From: Candidatus Woesearchaeota archaeon
Lineage (GTDB): Archaea > Nanobdellota > Nanobdellia > Pacearchaeales > GW2011-AR1
Assembly: GCA_964424875.1 (NCBI GenBank)
Contig: CAYRKK010000001.1
Coordinates: 1 to 46,493, forward strand
DNA: 46,493 nt
Reading direction: 5' to 3'
Below the pieces are notes generated by a model. It had not been told where the DNA came from. It saw only the letters and a program-made list of their open reading frames with translations, and did no database searches. Positions 16,364-25,179 of this stretch are shown here, piece by piece (the stretch's first letter is position 1; the number at the start of each line of letters is the position of its first letter). A program made the position numbers and the translations under genes.

Positions 16364-17119
16364 ATGGTAAATTTAAACAAACTACTTAAAAAAGGAAAAG
16401 CATTGTTTTTAGCTTATGACCAAGGTTTAGAACATGGGCCAAGCGATTTTAATGATAAAAATGTTAATCCTCTGTATATTTTAGATATTGCAAAAAAAGG
16501 CAAATATAATGGAATTATATTTCAAAAAGGAATTGCGGAAAAATATAATAAGGAAATTAAAAAAAGCAAAGTTTCTTTGATTATAAAATTAAATGGAAAA
16601 ACTAATTTAGTTAAAGGAGAACCAATTTCTCGTCAACTCTGCACTGTTGATGAAGCAATTAAATTAGGGGCCATTGCTGTAGGTTATACTATTTATATTG
16701 GAAGCAAATATGAAAGTATTATGATGCAAGAGTTTGAAAAAATACAAAGAGAGGCACATTCAAAAGCATTGCCTGTAATTGCATGGATATATCCTAGAGG
16801 AAAAAGCATTAAAGGAAAATCAAAAAAAGAATTAATAGCTTATGCTTGTCGTTCTGGTTTAGAACTTGGTGCTGATATTATTAAAATTAATTATAATGGA
16901 AAAACTAATGATTTAAAATGGGCTGTTAAATCTGCTGGTAAAACAAAAGTAGTTATTGCAGGTGGTGTTAAAAAAAATGAAAAAGAATTAATTAAACAAG
17001 TTAAAGATATTATGGATACAGGTTGTATTGGATTAGCAATTGGAAGAAATATATGGCAGTCAAAAAACCCTTTAGAAATTACTAAAAAAATTAAAAACAT
17101 GATTTGGAAAAACCAATAA
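16364..17119 (+). CDS. fba: Archaeal class I fructose-bisphosphate aldolase (DhnA family)
   Basis: LAYDQGLEHGP and the IIKINY region with the Schiff-base lysine context. Adjacent to tpiA. Confidence 0.8.
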   Translation: MVNLNKLLKKGKALFLAYDQGLEHGPSDFNDKNVNPLYILDIAKKGKYNGIIFQKGIAEKYNKEIKKSKVSLIIKLNGKTNLVKGEPISRQLCTVDEAIKLGAIAVGYTIYIGSKYESIMMQEFEKIQREAHSKALPVIAWIYPRGKSIKGKSKKELIAYACRSGLELGADIIKINYNGKTNDLKWAVKSAGKTKVVIAGGVKKNEKELIKQVKDIMDTGCIGLAIGRNIWQSKNPLEITKKIKNMIWKNQ

Positions 17120-17122
17120 AAA

Positions 17123-17752
17123 ATGAAACCAATAATAATTATAAATTTTAAAACTTATAAACAAGGCAAGAAAGTAGTTGATTTAGCAAAAAAAATTGAA
17201 AAAGTAAGTAAAGATATTATCATAGGGGTTCAGGCAAATGATATTTATGAAGTTGCTAAAGCAACTAAACTAAAAGTATTTTCAGAACATGTTGATTATT
17301 TTAAACCAGGAAAATATACTGGTTATATTATTCCTGAAGCTATTAAAAAAGACAAGGCTGTTGGAAGTTTTTTAAATCATTCTGAACATAAATTAAAATT
17401 TGATGTTTTAGTGAAGAGTATTAAAAGATGCAAAGAAGTAAAATTAAAAACTGCTGTATTTGCAAAAGATTTAAAACAAGCAAAAAAAATTGAAAAACTT
17501 AAACCAGATTTTTTAATTTATGAACCTCCAGAATTAGTTGGAGGAAAAGTTTCAGTAAGCAATGCAAAACCTGGAGTGATTAGCAAGATAAAGAAAAATC
17601 TTAAATGTAAATTTCTTGTTGGTGCTGGAATTAAAAATAATGAAGATGTTAAAACAGCTATAAAGTTAGGTGCAAGTGGAATTGCTGTTTCAAGTGGGGT
17701 TGTGAATGCAAGGGATCCTGAGGGGAAGTTAAGGGGGTTGTTGGAGAGGTAG
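17123..17752 (+). CDS. tpiA: Triosephosphate isomerase (short archaeal form)
   Basis: INFKTY, LNHSEH and YEPPELVG motifs, in about 209 aa. Confidence 0.85.
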   Translation: MKPIIIINFKTYKQGKKVVDLAKKIEKVSKDIIIGVQANDIYEVAKATKLKVFSEHVDYFKPGKYTGYIIPEAIKKDKAVGSFLNHSEHKLKFDVLVKSIKRCKEVKLKTAVFAKDLKQAKKIEKLKPDFLIYEPPELVGGKVSVSNAKPGVISKIKKNLKCKFLVGAGIKNNEDVKTAIKLGASGIAVSSGVVNARDPEGKLRGLLER

Positions 17753-17894
17753 AGTTTGGCTTTTAAAAGAGGGTTTTGATGTTAAATGTCCTGACTGGAT
17801 AGAATCCCTTTTCTCTAATAATTAGAGATTTTATTTAGTATGTTAAAATATTAATGGATGAGTTGTTTTAATAATTTTGTACAATTCTTCAATT

Positions 17895-18881
17895 TTATTT
17901 ATTTACTTTTGACCTTAAAATTTCTTTATATGCCGGCATCCATGTTTCATAAATCATAATAAGATGTTCTTGGTTTCTTACAACCTCATGAAATTTCTTT
18001 CTTAGATCATTGATTATTTCATTAAACTTTTGATAATCTTCTACTACAAATTCTAACTCTGCCTCCCATGGTGCAATGCTTCTAATATAATATTGTGAAC
18101 TGGGTTGATTTTGCATCCATTGAAAAAGTCTTTCTTCATCCTTCTTAGATAATTTTTTGAAATAAACTATTGCTTTATAGAATTCTAATCCTAAAATATT
18201 AAGATCAACAGAAACTCTATAACTAAGAATTATCTCTTTTTCTTCTAATTTTTTAATTCTCGAACGAACTATGTCAATAGTCGATTTAACTTTTCTTGAT
18301 AACTCTAATAAAGAGATTCTTGCATCATTAGCTAAAATATCTAATATTCTGTAATCTAACTCATCAATTTTATTATCAACAATATTTCCTGCAAAAATAA
18401 CATAGTTACTTGGCGAATCTTCTAAGAAAATCCGTTTATTATACTGTCTTGTATCAACCATAGTACCAAGAACTTTACTAACAATTAGGTGTTGCCATTT
18501 AGATAATAATGAGTTAATTTTTTCATAATAATCTGTAATGTTTTTAGAAAGGATGGCAAAAACTAAGTCAAAAGCTCCATCAGAAATTCCCATCCAATAA
18601 ATATCTTTATTTTCCTTTAATTCCTTAAAAAATTTCTCTCTTTCTTCTGGGACATTTTCCAATTTTAAATATGCTTTAAACATATAGTATCCAAGTTTAT
18701 TGGGGTTAATTGATGTGATAAATCCTGTAATGATGCCCCTTTCTTGTAATTTTTGAATTCTATATCTAACTGTTTCTCTTGATTTATTGGTTTTCTTAGC
18801 TAATTGAGTATCTGAAATTCTACAATTTTTATCAAGTTCAGTTAATATCTTTCTATCTGCTAAATCTAATTTTATTTTCAT
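17895..18881 (-). CDS. Tandem-duplicated Lrp/AsnC-family transcriptional regulator
   Basis: Two HTH_AsnC-like modules (DLADRKILTELDKNCRISDTQLAKK... and LDYRILDILANDARISLLELSRK...), each followed by a RAM-like region. Divergent from the radical SAM gene. Confidence 0.8.
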   Translation of the reverse strand: MKIKLDLADRKILTELDKNCRISDTQLAKKTNKSRETVRYRIQKLQERGIITGFITSINPNKLGYYMFKAYLKLENVPEEREKFFKELKENKDIYWMGISDGAFDLVFAILSKNITDYYEKINSLLSKWQHLIVSKVLGTMVDTRQYNKRIFLEDSPSNYVIFAGNIVDNKIDELDYRILDILANDARISLLELSRKVKSTIDIVRSRIKKLEEKEIILSYRVSVDLNILGLEFYKAIVYFKKLSKKDEERLFQWMQNQPSSQYYIRSIAPWEAELEFVVEDYQKFNEIINDLRKKFHEVVRNQEHLIMIYETWMPAYKEILRSKVNK

Positions 18882-18997
18882 ATATTAACAAATTGAGGAT
18901 TAATATATAAATCTTTCCATAAATTGGTTAAAATAAGCTAAAAACTTTAATATACTTCTAATGAGTATTAGTATTAACTAAATGGTAGTAAAATAAG

Positions 18998-20587
18998 ATG
19001 AGTTTAGAAAAAATAAGCACGGAAACTGGAAATGATGAGAGAAATATAGATGGAGCTCCAAATTCTGCTTCAAGAATAAAGTCCTTATTTTTAAGTTCTC
19101 CATATCCCGGAGATCAAAAATTTGGAGGACAACCAACAGGCGCCTTATATTCATTAGCAACCTTAGCAGATAGAAAAGAAAAGGAATGTGGATCAAAAGA
19201 AGGTGTTAGAGAAGACATTGAAGTTTGGTGTCCAAAAGGAACTCCTGATTTTGAGGGTTCTGATCTTGAAAGAAAGTTAATAGATTATGTTCAAACTAAT
19301 AAACCTAAAGTAATTGGTATTAGCACATTTAGTGTTTCTTATGATAATACCCGAAGAATTAGAGATCAAGTAAAAAGTATTTCTCCTGAAACAGTAGTTG
19401 TATTTGGAGGAGCTCATGAAGATAATTCTGTTAAAGGATATAGGGAAAGGGGAGAAATAGATGCCGATTTTGTAATCGCGGGAGATGGAACTTATCTTTT
19501 GGATGAATTGCATAGGACTATTGAGCTTAATCCTGAAGATACTGTTGATGAAATAAAAAAGAAAGTTCAAGAGAATAACAGGTTTAGCGAATTACCGGGA
19601 GCAGGAGTTTTAATGTTTAATACTTCTGATAGATTAAGAGAGATAATAACAAAAAGGGATCCTCTAAGATTAGATCAATTACCAATAATTCCAAGATATT
19701 TAATTGAAAATGAAGATGCATCTGCAAGACAGTTTAGTATTTTTTGGGATAATAAAACTGCTCAAGTAATGGTCGGACAAGGATGTCCTTATGGATGTGG
19801 ATTTTGTAGTGAAGGGATTAAAAAAACTTGGTATGCTGAAGACTCACCAAGAGCAGTCAATCCAGCGAGAGATTTAACTCATGTAGAAACTGAGTTAGAA
19901 CAATTAAAGGATTCAGGATATCAGAGCATATTTTTTGATGATAGCACTTTTTTTGCAAAATCTAAAGATTATATGACTGGATTAGTTAAATTACTAAAAA
20001 AATATGATTTTGAATGGGGATGTCAAACAACTCAAAATTCTGTCCATAATATTGAGGGTCTGATCCCTGAAATGGTTCAGTCAGGTCTTAAATATGTTTA
20101 CATGGGTATTGAGCACTATGACGGCCAGATGAGAGATTCATTTGGAAAAAGTATTGGTGGTGGTAGTAAGTTTAATGGACATGCTGTTGAAGATACATTG
20201 AAAATTCTTAAAGATAATGGAATTAGCACAGGACTTTCCTTAACATTTGGTCATCCTGATCCTGAATCTCCAGAAGAAGAAACAAGAGAGACAATGACTA
20301 CTGCATCGTATTCTATTGCCAGAACTACAGAATTGATTGAACAGTTTCCAAATATTCAAGGGGTATCCCTTAATTTGATAACTTACCATCCTGGAACTCC
20401 AAATAGTGAGAGATATGAAAGAAAGGTAGGGGTTGTTGACTATACCTCTCATCCAAATAAAAGAGAACCTTTCACAAAGTTTGAAGAAGGAATTGGTAAC
20501 CATGCGAAGGGTATGACTGAGGAATTAGCACAACATATTCTTGATTATGCTAAAGAAAAAATTCCGGAGGATAGACTATGGATATAA
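18998..20587 (+). CDS. Cobalamin-binding-domain radical SAM enzyme
   Basis: B12-type Rossmann region (KVIGISTFS ... VVVFGGAHED) followed by the CxxxCxxC cluster motif GCPYGCGFCSEG. Confidence 0.85.
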   Translation: MSLEKISTETGNDERNIDGAPNSASRIKSLFLSSPYPGDQKFGGQPTGALYSLATLADRKEKECGSKEGVREDIEVWCPKGTPDFEGSDLERKLIDYVQTNKPKVIGISTFSVSYDNTRRIRDQVKSISPETVVVFGGAHEDNSVKGYRERGEIDADFVIAGDGTYLLDELHRTIELNPEDTVDEIKKKVQENNRFSELPGAGVLMFNTSDRLREIITKRDPLRLDQLPIIPRYLIENEDASARQFSIFWDNKTAQVMVGQGCPYGCGFCSEGIKKTWYAEDSPRAVNPARDLTHVETELEQLKDSGYQSIFFDDSTFFAKSKDYMTGLVKLLKKYDFEWGCQTTQNSVHNIEGLIPEMVQSGLKYVYMGIEHYDGQMRDSFGKSIGGGSKFNGHAVEDTLKILKDNGISTGLSLTFGHPDPESPEEETRETMTTASYSIARTTELIEQFPNIQGVSLNLITYHPGTPNSERYERKVGVVDYTSHPNKREPFTKFEEGIGNHAKGMTEELAQHILDYAKEKIPEDRLWI

Positions 20588-21831
20588 AAAAAGATTTTAA
20601 GGCAGACTGTTATGTTCAAAACAAAAGTCTGTTTAATAGATATAGAAATTATGAAATAGAAGATGAAGAAGTAGTTGATTTTAATCACGCCTCTTTAGCA
20701 AGACCTTATAAGGAAGTTTTCGATGCATTACAAAAAAGTCTTCCTTCACAAGCAAGACTTTATGCAGGTTCTATAGTGGGCATAAATGACCCGACAAAGG
20801 TACTTTTTGGAAGAAATACAACTGAAGCATTAAGTTTAACTTACTGGTTAGCAGGAGTTAAAGAAGGAAATGTAGTATTAACTGATGCAGAAAATGAGTC
20901 AGTTCTTAGAATTTATAGGGAACATAGAGATCATGGAAATACTAATAAAAGCGACGGATGGTCAACTTTTGCAGATGATGTAATCTCTGAAGATTATGAG
21001 GGTATTAGCAATAGTCATGTTACTGGAACATCAGTTAGAACATCAAAGTTTCTTGGAGAATATAATCCTGAATTAATATTAGATCAAGTTGATGAAAAAA
21101 CCAAGTTAGTATTAGTAAGTCATGTTGTTAGAAATGATGGAAGGATTATAGACATTGAAGAGCTGGCAAGAAAGGTTAAGGAAAAAAATCCGGACACATA
21201 TTTTGCAGTAGACGGAGCACAAGCATTAGGTAATCTTTCAAGAATAGATTTTAATGAATTAGAAGAAGCTGGAGTTGACTTTTATGCAGCAACACCTCAT
21301 AAAACATTAGGTAGTTATCCTTTAGGGATCTTATATGTTGGAGAGAGAGTTAAAAAAAGGATAAATGAATTGAATGGAAAACAGCCGACTGAACAAATTA
21401 TAATGGATGGCATGATTCCTTATGATTATAATATTCCTTCTAATGTTGATTCCGTACTTAATCCTCTTAGATATCTTAGTTTGATTACTACAATAGACGC
21501 CTTAAGAGAAAAAGGGTTTTTAAAAGACAGTGACTTTTCAGAAAAATCTAAACAGATTCAAAGAATAAAAGATTCATTTTATGAAAGATTGAAAACACAA
21601 AATGCAGAAATACTTAGTGAAGGAGAAGAGTATTCTCCTGCAATAGCCTCATTTAGATTTAATGGTAGAAATAATGCTAAGGTAGTGAGAGATCTTCAAG
21701 AACAAGGAGTGTTTTGCTCATATATTTCTGAATCAGATAATATTCGAGTTTCTTTTGAAGTGACAAATAATGAAGGGGATATAGATAGATTTTTTGAAGA
21801 ACTAAAAAATAACCAACATCAATTTTTCTAA
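20578..21831 (+). CDS. Class V (fold-type I) PLP-dependent enzyme, cysteine desulfurase / aminotransferase-like
   Basis: FAVDGAQALG and ATPHKTLG (candidate PLP lysine). Its start overlaps the radical SAM stop by 10 nt (ATGGATATAA). Confidence 0.8.
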   Translation: MDIKKDFKADCYVQNKSLFNRYRNYEIEDEEVVDFNHASLARPYKEVFDALQKSLPSQARLYAGSIVGINDPTKVLFGRNTTEALSLTYWLAGVKEGNVVLTDAENESVLRIYREHRDHGNTNKSDGWSTFADDVISEDYEGISNSHVTGTSVRTSKFLGEYNPELILDQVDEKTKLVLVSHVVRNDGRIIDIEELARKVKEKNPDTYFAVDGAQALGNLSRIDFNELEEAGVDFYAATPHKTLGSYPLGILYVGERVKKRINELNGKQPTEQIIMDGMIPYDYNIPSNVDSVLNPLRYLSLITTIDALREKGFLKDSDFSEKSKQIQRIKDSFYERLKTQNAEILSEGEEYSPAIASFRFNGRNNAKVVRDLQEQGVFCSYISESDNIRVSFEVTNNEGDIDRFFEELKNNQHQFF

Positions 21832-21900
21832 CATTATTATTAAGAATTGATTAATTCCCAGATATAACTTCAAAACATCGCCCCAAACCAGCCCCTTTAT

Positions 21901-21966
21901 TTCACCCAACCACATCACTAATCTTTTCAATCAAATCCATAGCTGTTAAAGAAACTTTCTTTTTTT
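21901..21966. repeat. 66-bp direct repeat, copy 1 (relic of the nnr 3' end)
   Basis: TTCACCCAACCACATCACTAATCTTTTCAATCAAATCCATAGCTGTTAAAGAAACTTTCTTTTTT. It matches 22657-22722 apart from about 4 mismatches. Confidence 0.85.
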
Positions 21967-22518
21967 ATTTTTCTTCCTCCAAAAGAACTTATTTGCAATT
22001 TTCTTTGTTATATATCTACATCTATCAACTTCATTAATCAAATTTCTTGATGCAATTTCATCAAACGAAACCATCTCTATTTCCTTATTCTTATCTTTAA
22101 CATATTTTGCCAACTGAGAAAAATCACCATCTCCTGAAAATAAAACTGCTTTATCATATTTGTCTTCCCAAGCATGATTAAGCATATCTAAAGCTAGATA
22201 AATGTCATCTCCTTTTATTGTATAATATTCTTCATCCTCTTTAGTAAATCTTTTTTGCCTTTTACATAAGATAACTTCATATTTAGGTAGTTTTCTTAAT
22301 CTTGCAAGTAGTTTCTGCTGTTCCTTAAATCTTCTTGGATTAACTTCTTGTTTCAGTGAAGCATTGTAATAAAAAATATTCACTATTTTATTTTTGCCAA
22401 CAATCATTTTGATATAATTTTCAAAATCAAAATGATAATCTGAATATTTTGGATGTAGAGATTTCAAACCATAAACAAAGTTAGCACCATCAATATAAAT
22501 AGAAATTCTTTTTGCCAT
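21946..22518 (-). CDS. NYN-domain (LabA/DUF88-like, PIN-related) putative ribonuclease
   Basis: ISIYIDGANFVYG and VLFSGDGDFSQL motifs. The last ~7 codons and the stop lie inside repeat copy 1. Confidence 0.8.
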   Translation of the reverse strand: MAKRISIYIDGANFVYGLKSLHPKYSDYHFDFENYIKMIVGKNKIVNIFYYNASLKQEVNPRRFKEQQKLLARLRKLPKYEVILCKRQKRFTKEDEEYYTIKGDDIYLALDMLNHAWEDKYDKAVLFSGDGDFSQLAKYVKDKNKEIEMVSFDEIASRNLINEVDRCRYITKKIANKFFWRKKNKKRKFL

Positions 22519-22523
22519 TTTGA

Positions 22524-22600
22524 AAAACCGGTATTACCAAAGTAATAGCCGGGAACACGCTTGCGGTATGTCTGAAGACTTAAGGCAATACCTGTTACCT
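22524..22600 (-). ncRNA. Structured leader or candidate small RNA upstream of the NYN gene
   Basis: On the minus strand there is a nested hairpin, GGTAT...GTC-TTCA-GAC...ATACC (22565-22592). A 10-bp bulged hairpin follows, CCGGCTATTAC-TTTG-GTAATACCGG (22528-22552), then TTTTT and the ATG 4 nt later. Confidence 0.35.
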
Positions 22601-22656
22601 TAATATTCTCAAGATACACAATTATTTAAGCTTTTCTATTATCTGACACCAACCCA

Positions 22657-22722
22657 TTCACCCAACCACATCCCCAATCTTCTCAATCAAATCCATAGCT
22701 GTTAAAGAAATTTTCTTTTTTG
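22657..22722. repeat. 66-bp direct repeat, copy 2 (functional 3' end of nnr)
   Basis: Encodes the C-terminal ...KKKISLTAMDLIEKIGDVVG of the dehydratase gene and matches 21901-21966. Confidence 0.85.
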
Positions 22723-23503
22723 TTAATTCACCTGCTTTTCCATTTATATAAGCAGATGCACAAGCTGAATCAAATAAATCATTTCCTTGAGCAATTAAAG
22801 AACCACAAATGCCTGCTAAAACATCTCCTGTTCCACCTTTAGTCATATAAGGATTTCCGGTTTTATTTATTGCAGTTTGTTTACCATCACTGATTATATC
22901 TACATTACCTTTTAGAAGAATAGTTGTGTTTAATTTTTTTCCAGCAAGTTTGACTTGTTTTATTTTTTCATTTAAATCATCTTTTAATTTTATTTTTGTC
23001 AGTCTTTCAAATTCTTTTTCATGAGGAGTAAAAACAAAATTTGAAAGATTTATTTTTTTATTTAAATTCTTTAAAGCATAAATTGCATCTGCATCTATAA
23101 CTCCCAGTATTTTTATTTTTTGCAGATAATTCTGAACTAATTTAATTGTTTTTGGATTTTTTCCAATACCTCCACCCATAACAAATCCTGATTTATTTTC
23201 TGATTCATTTAATAATTTTTTTAAATGATTATTAGTTAAGAAAGATCCTTTTAATGAAATAGTTATTAAATTAGGTGAAAATTTTGCAATCATATTTGCA
23301 GCTCTTTCAGGAGCGGCAATTTCAACAACGTCAACTCCTGTTTTTAGACAAGCTGTTGCTTGTGCTGCAAGTGCATTTAATGCAGGAGCTCCTGAATATT
23401 TTTCACAACCTCCTATAACAAGAAGTTTTCCAAAATCTCCTTTTTTAGAATTTTTAGGTCTAGGTTTGTAGACTTTTTTAAGAATTGAATTATTGATTAT
23501 CAT
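22658..23503 (-). CDS. nnrD: ADP/ATP-dependent NAD(P)H-hydrate dehydratase (YjeF C-terminal domain family)
   Basis: GKLLVIGGCEKYSGAPALNALAA and GGTGDVLAGICGSL motifs. Confidence 0.85.
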   Translation of the reverse strand: MIINNSILKKVYKPRPKNSKKGDFGKLLVIGGCEKYSGAPALNALAAQATACLKTGVDVVEIAAPERAANMIAKFSPNLITISLKGSFLTNNHLKKLLNESENKSGFVMGGGIGKNPKTIKLVQNYLQKIKILGVIDADAIYALKNLNKKINLSNFVFTPHEKEFERLTKIKLKDDLNEKIKQVKLAGKKLNTTILLKGNVDIISDGKQTAINKTGNPYMTKGGTGDVLAGICGSLIAQGNDLFDSACASAYINGKAGELTKKKISLTAMDLIEKIGDVVG

Positions 23504-23552
23504 TATTATAAAAAGTTTTTATTAAATATAAATCTATTGTATATTATTAATT

Positions 23553-24296
23553 TCACAAAACAGCTGTCCAACCACCATCAACTATTATTTCTGCTCCAGT
23601 CATATATGAAGAAGCATCAGAAGCTAAAAATACTACTGGCCCAGCAATATCAATTGGCTTGCCTGTTCTTGCTAAAGGAATTTTTAAAAGCATTACTTGT
23701 TTTGTTTTTTTATCATTTAAAATGCTTTGAGTCATTGCTGTTTCTATAATCCCTGGATGAACTGAATTTACTCTGATTCCTTTATTCCCAAATTCTCCCG
23801 CTAAAGATTTTGTCAAAAGTCTGATTCCTCCTTTAGTTGAACAATAAGCTGCAGCTTGTGAATAACCTATAATTCCTGCAACAGAAGATATATTAATTAT
23901 GCAAGCTCCTTTTTTCATATGTTTCAAAGCTGCTTGAGAACAAAGAAAAGTTCCTTTTAAATTTATATTAATTGTTTTTTCCCAGTCCTCTTCACTTAAT
24001 TTTTCAGTAGCTCCTGGAACAAAAACTCCCGCATTGTTAACAAGCACATCAATTTTTTTAAATTTTTTAATTGTTTGATTAATTAAATCTTCAACTTCAT
24101 TTTTATTTGAAACATCTGTTTTTATAAAAATAGATTTTCTTTTTAATTTTTTAATCTGATTCACTGTTGCATTTCCTGGAATTATATCTGAAACAACAAC
24201 ATCTGCACCATGTCTTGCAAGTTCTACTGCAATTGACTGCCCAATACCTCTTGCAGCACCAGTAACAATAGCAACTTTATTTTTAAGATTAAACAT
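23553..24296 (-). CDS. Short-chain dehydrogenase/reductase (FabG / glucose-1-dehydrogenase-like)
   Basis: TGAARGIGQ cofactor motif, NNAG, and the catalytic YCSTK (YxxxK). Confidence 0.85.
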   Translation of the reverse strand: MFNLKNKVAIVTGAARGIGQSIAVELARHGADVVVSDIIPGNATVNQIKKLKRKSIFIKTDVSNKNEVEDLINQTIKKFKKIDVLVNNAGVFVPGATEKLSEEDWEKTININLKGTFLCSQAALKHMKKGACIINISSVAGIIGYSQAAAYCSTKGGIRLLTKSLAGEFGNKGIRVNSVHPGIIETAMTQSILNDKKTKQVMLLKIPLARTGKPIDIAGPVVFLASDASSYMTGAEIIVDGGWTAVL

Positions 24297-24363
24297 TTTC
24301 CTCTTTTATTAAGATAAAAGAATGGTTAGATATTTAAAGGTTATTGTTTTTAATTATTTGAAA

Positions 24364-25179
24364 ATGGGGAAAATAATAGCAATTGATTTAGGAGGAACTA
24401 ATCTAAGAGTATCTTTAGTTAAAGGAAATAAGATTCTTAAATATATAAAAAAAGAAACTCCTAAAACAGGAAAAGAATTAATAAAAGTTCTTTTTGAAAA
24501 TATTGGCCATTTGATGGATAAAGATGTTATTGGGATTGGAGTTTCAAGTGCAGGCCCTCTTATTAACGGCATTATTAAAAATCCTCCTAATCTCCCATTA
24601 AAGAATTTTAATTTGAAAAAAGCTTTAGAAAAAAAATTTAAAAAGAGAGTTGAAGTTGAAAATGATGCTGCATGTGTTGCACTTGCTGAAACAAAATTAG
24701 GGTGTAAAAAAAGAAATTTTTTTATTCTTACCATTGGCACTGGAATTGGAGGAGGGATTATTATCAATGGAGAATTATACAATGGAGAAGGTTATGGTGG
24801 AGAATTAGGGCATATTATTTTAGATAATGGCAAGGATTTTGAAATACTTTGGAAAGAAAATAAAAAATCAATCTCTAAATATTTTGGAAAAAATTCATTA
24901 GTAAATGACTTGATTAAAATAAAAAATAAAAAATCTAATGCAATATTAGAAAAAATTTCAGATGATTTTGGAAAAGCCATAGGTTCTTTAATTAATGTTT
25001 TTGATCCTGAAATAGTTATTTTAAGTGGAGGAATTAAAGAAACTGGAAAAACATTTTTAAATAAAATAAAAAAGAAAACTAAAAAATATGTGATTCTTCC
25101 TAAAGATATTAAAATAAGCTGGACTAAATTAGAACATCCTGGAACTCTTGGTGCAAGTTTGCTTATTCAGAAAAAATGA
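24364..25179 (+). CDS. ROK-family sugar kinase (glucokinase / N-acetylhexosamine kinase-like)
   Basis: IAIDLGGTNLRV and GTGIGGGIIING motifs. ATG at 24364 is preferred. Confidence 0.8.
   Translation: MGKIIAIDLGGTNLRVSLVKGNKILKYIKKETPKTGKELIKVLFENIGHLMDKDVIGIGVSSAGPLINGIIKNPPNLPLKNFNLKKALEKKFKKRVEVENDAACVALAETKLGCKKRNFFILTIGTGIGGGIIINGELYNGEGYGGELGHIILDNGKDFEILWKENKKSISKYFGKNSLVNDLIKIKNKKSNAILEKISDDFGKAIGSLINVFDPEIVILSGGIKETGKTFLNKIKKKTKKYVILPKDIKISWTKLEHPGTLGASLLIQKK

Noticed and set aside
18978-19196. 72-aa minus-strand ORF across the radical SAM promoter and 5' end
   Set aside because: It overlaps the well-supported radical SAM start region. There is no support beyond being an open frame.
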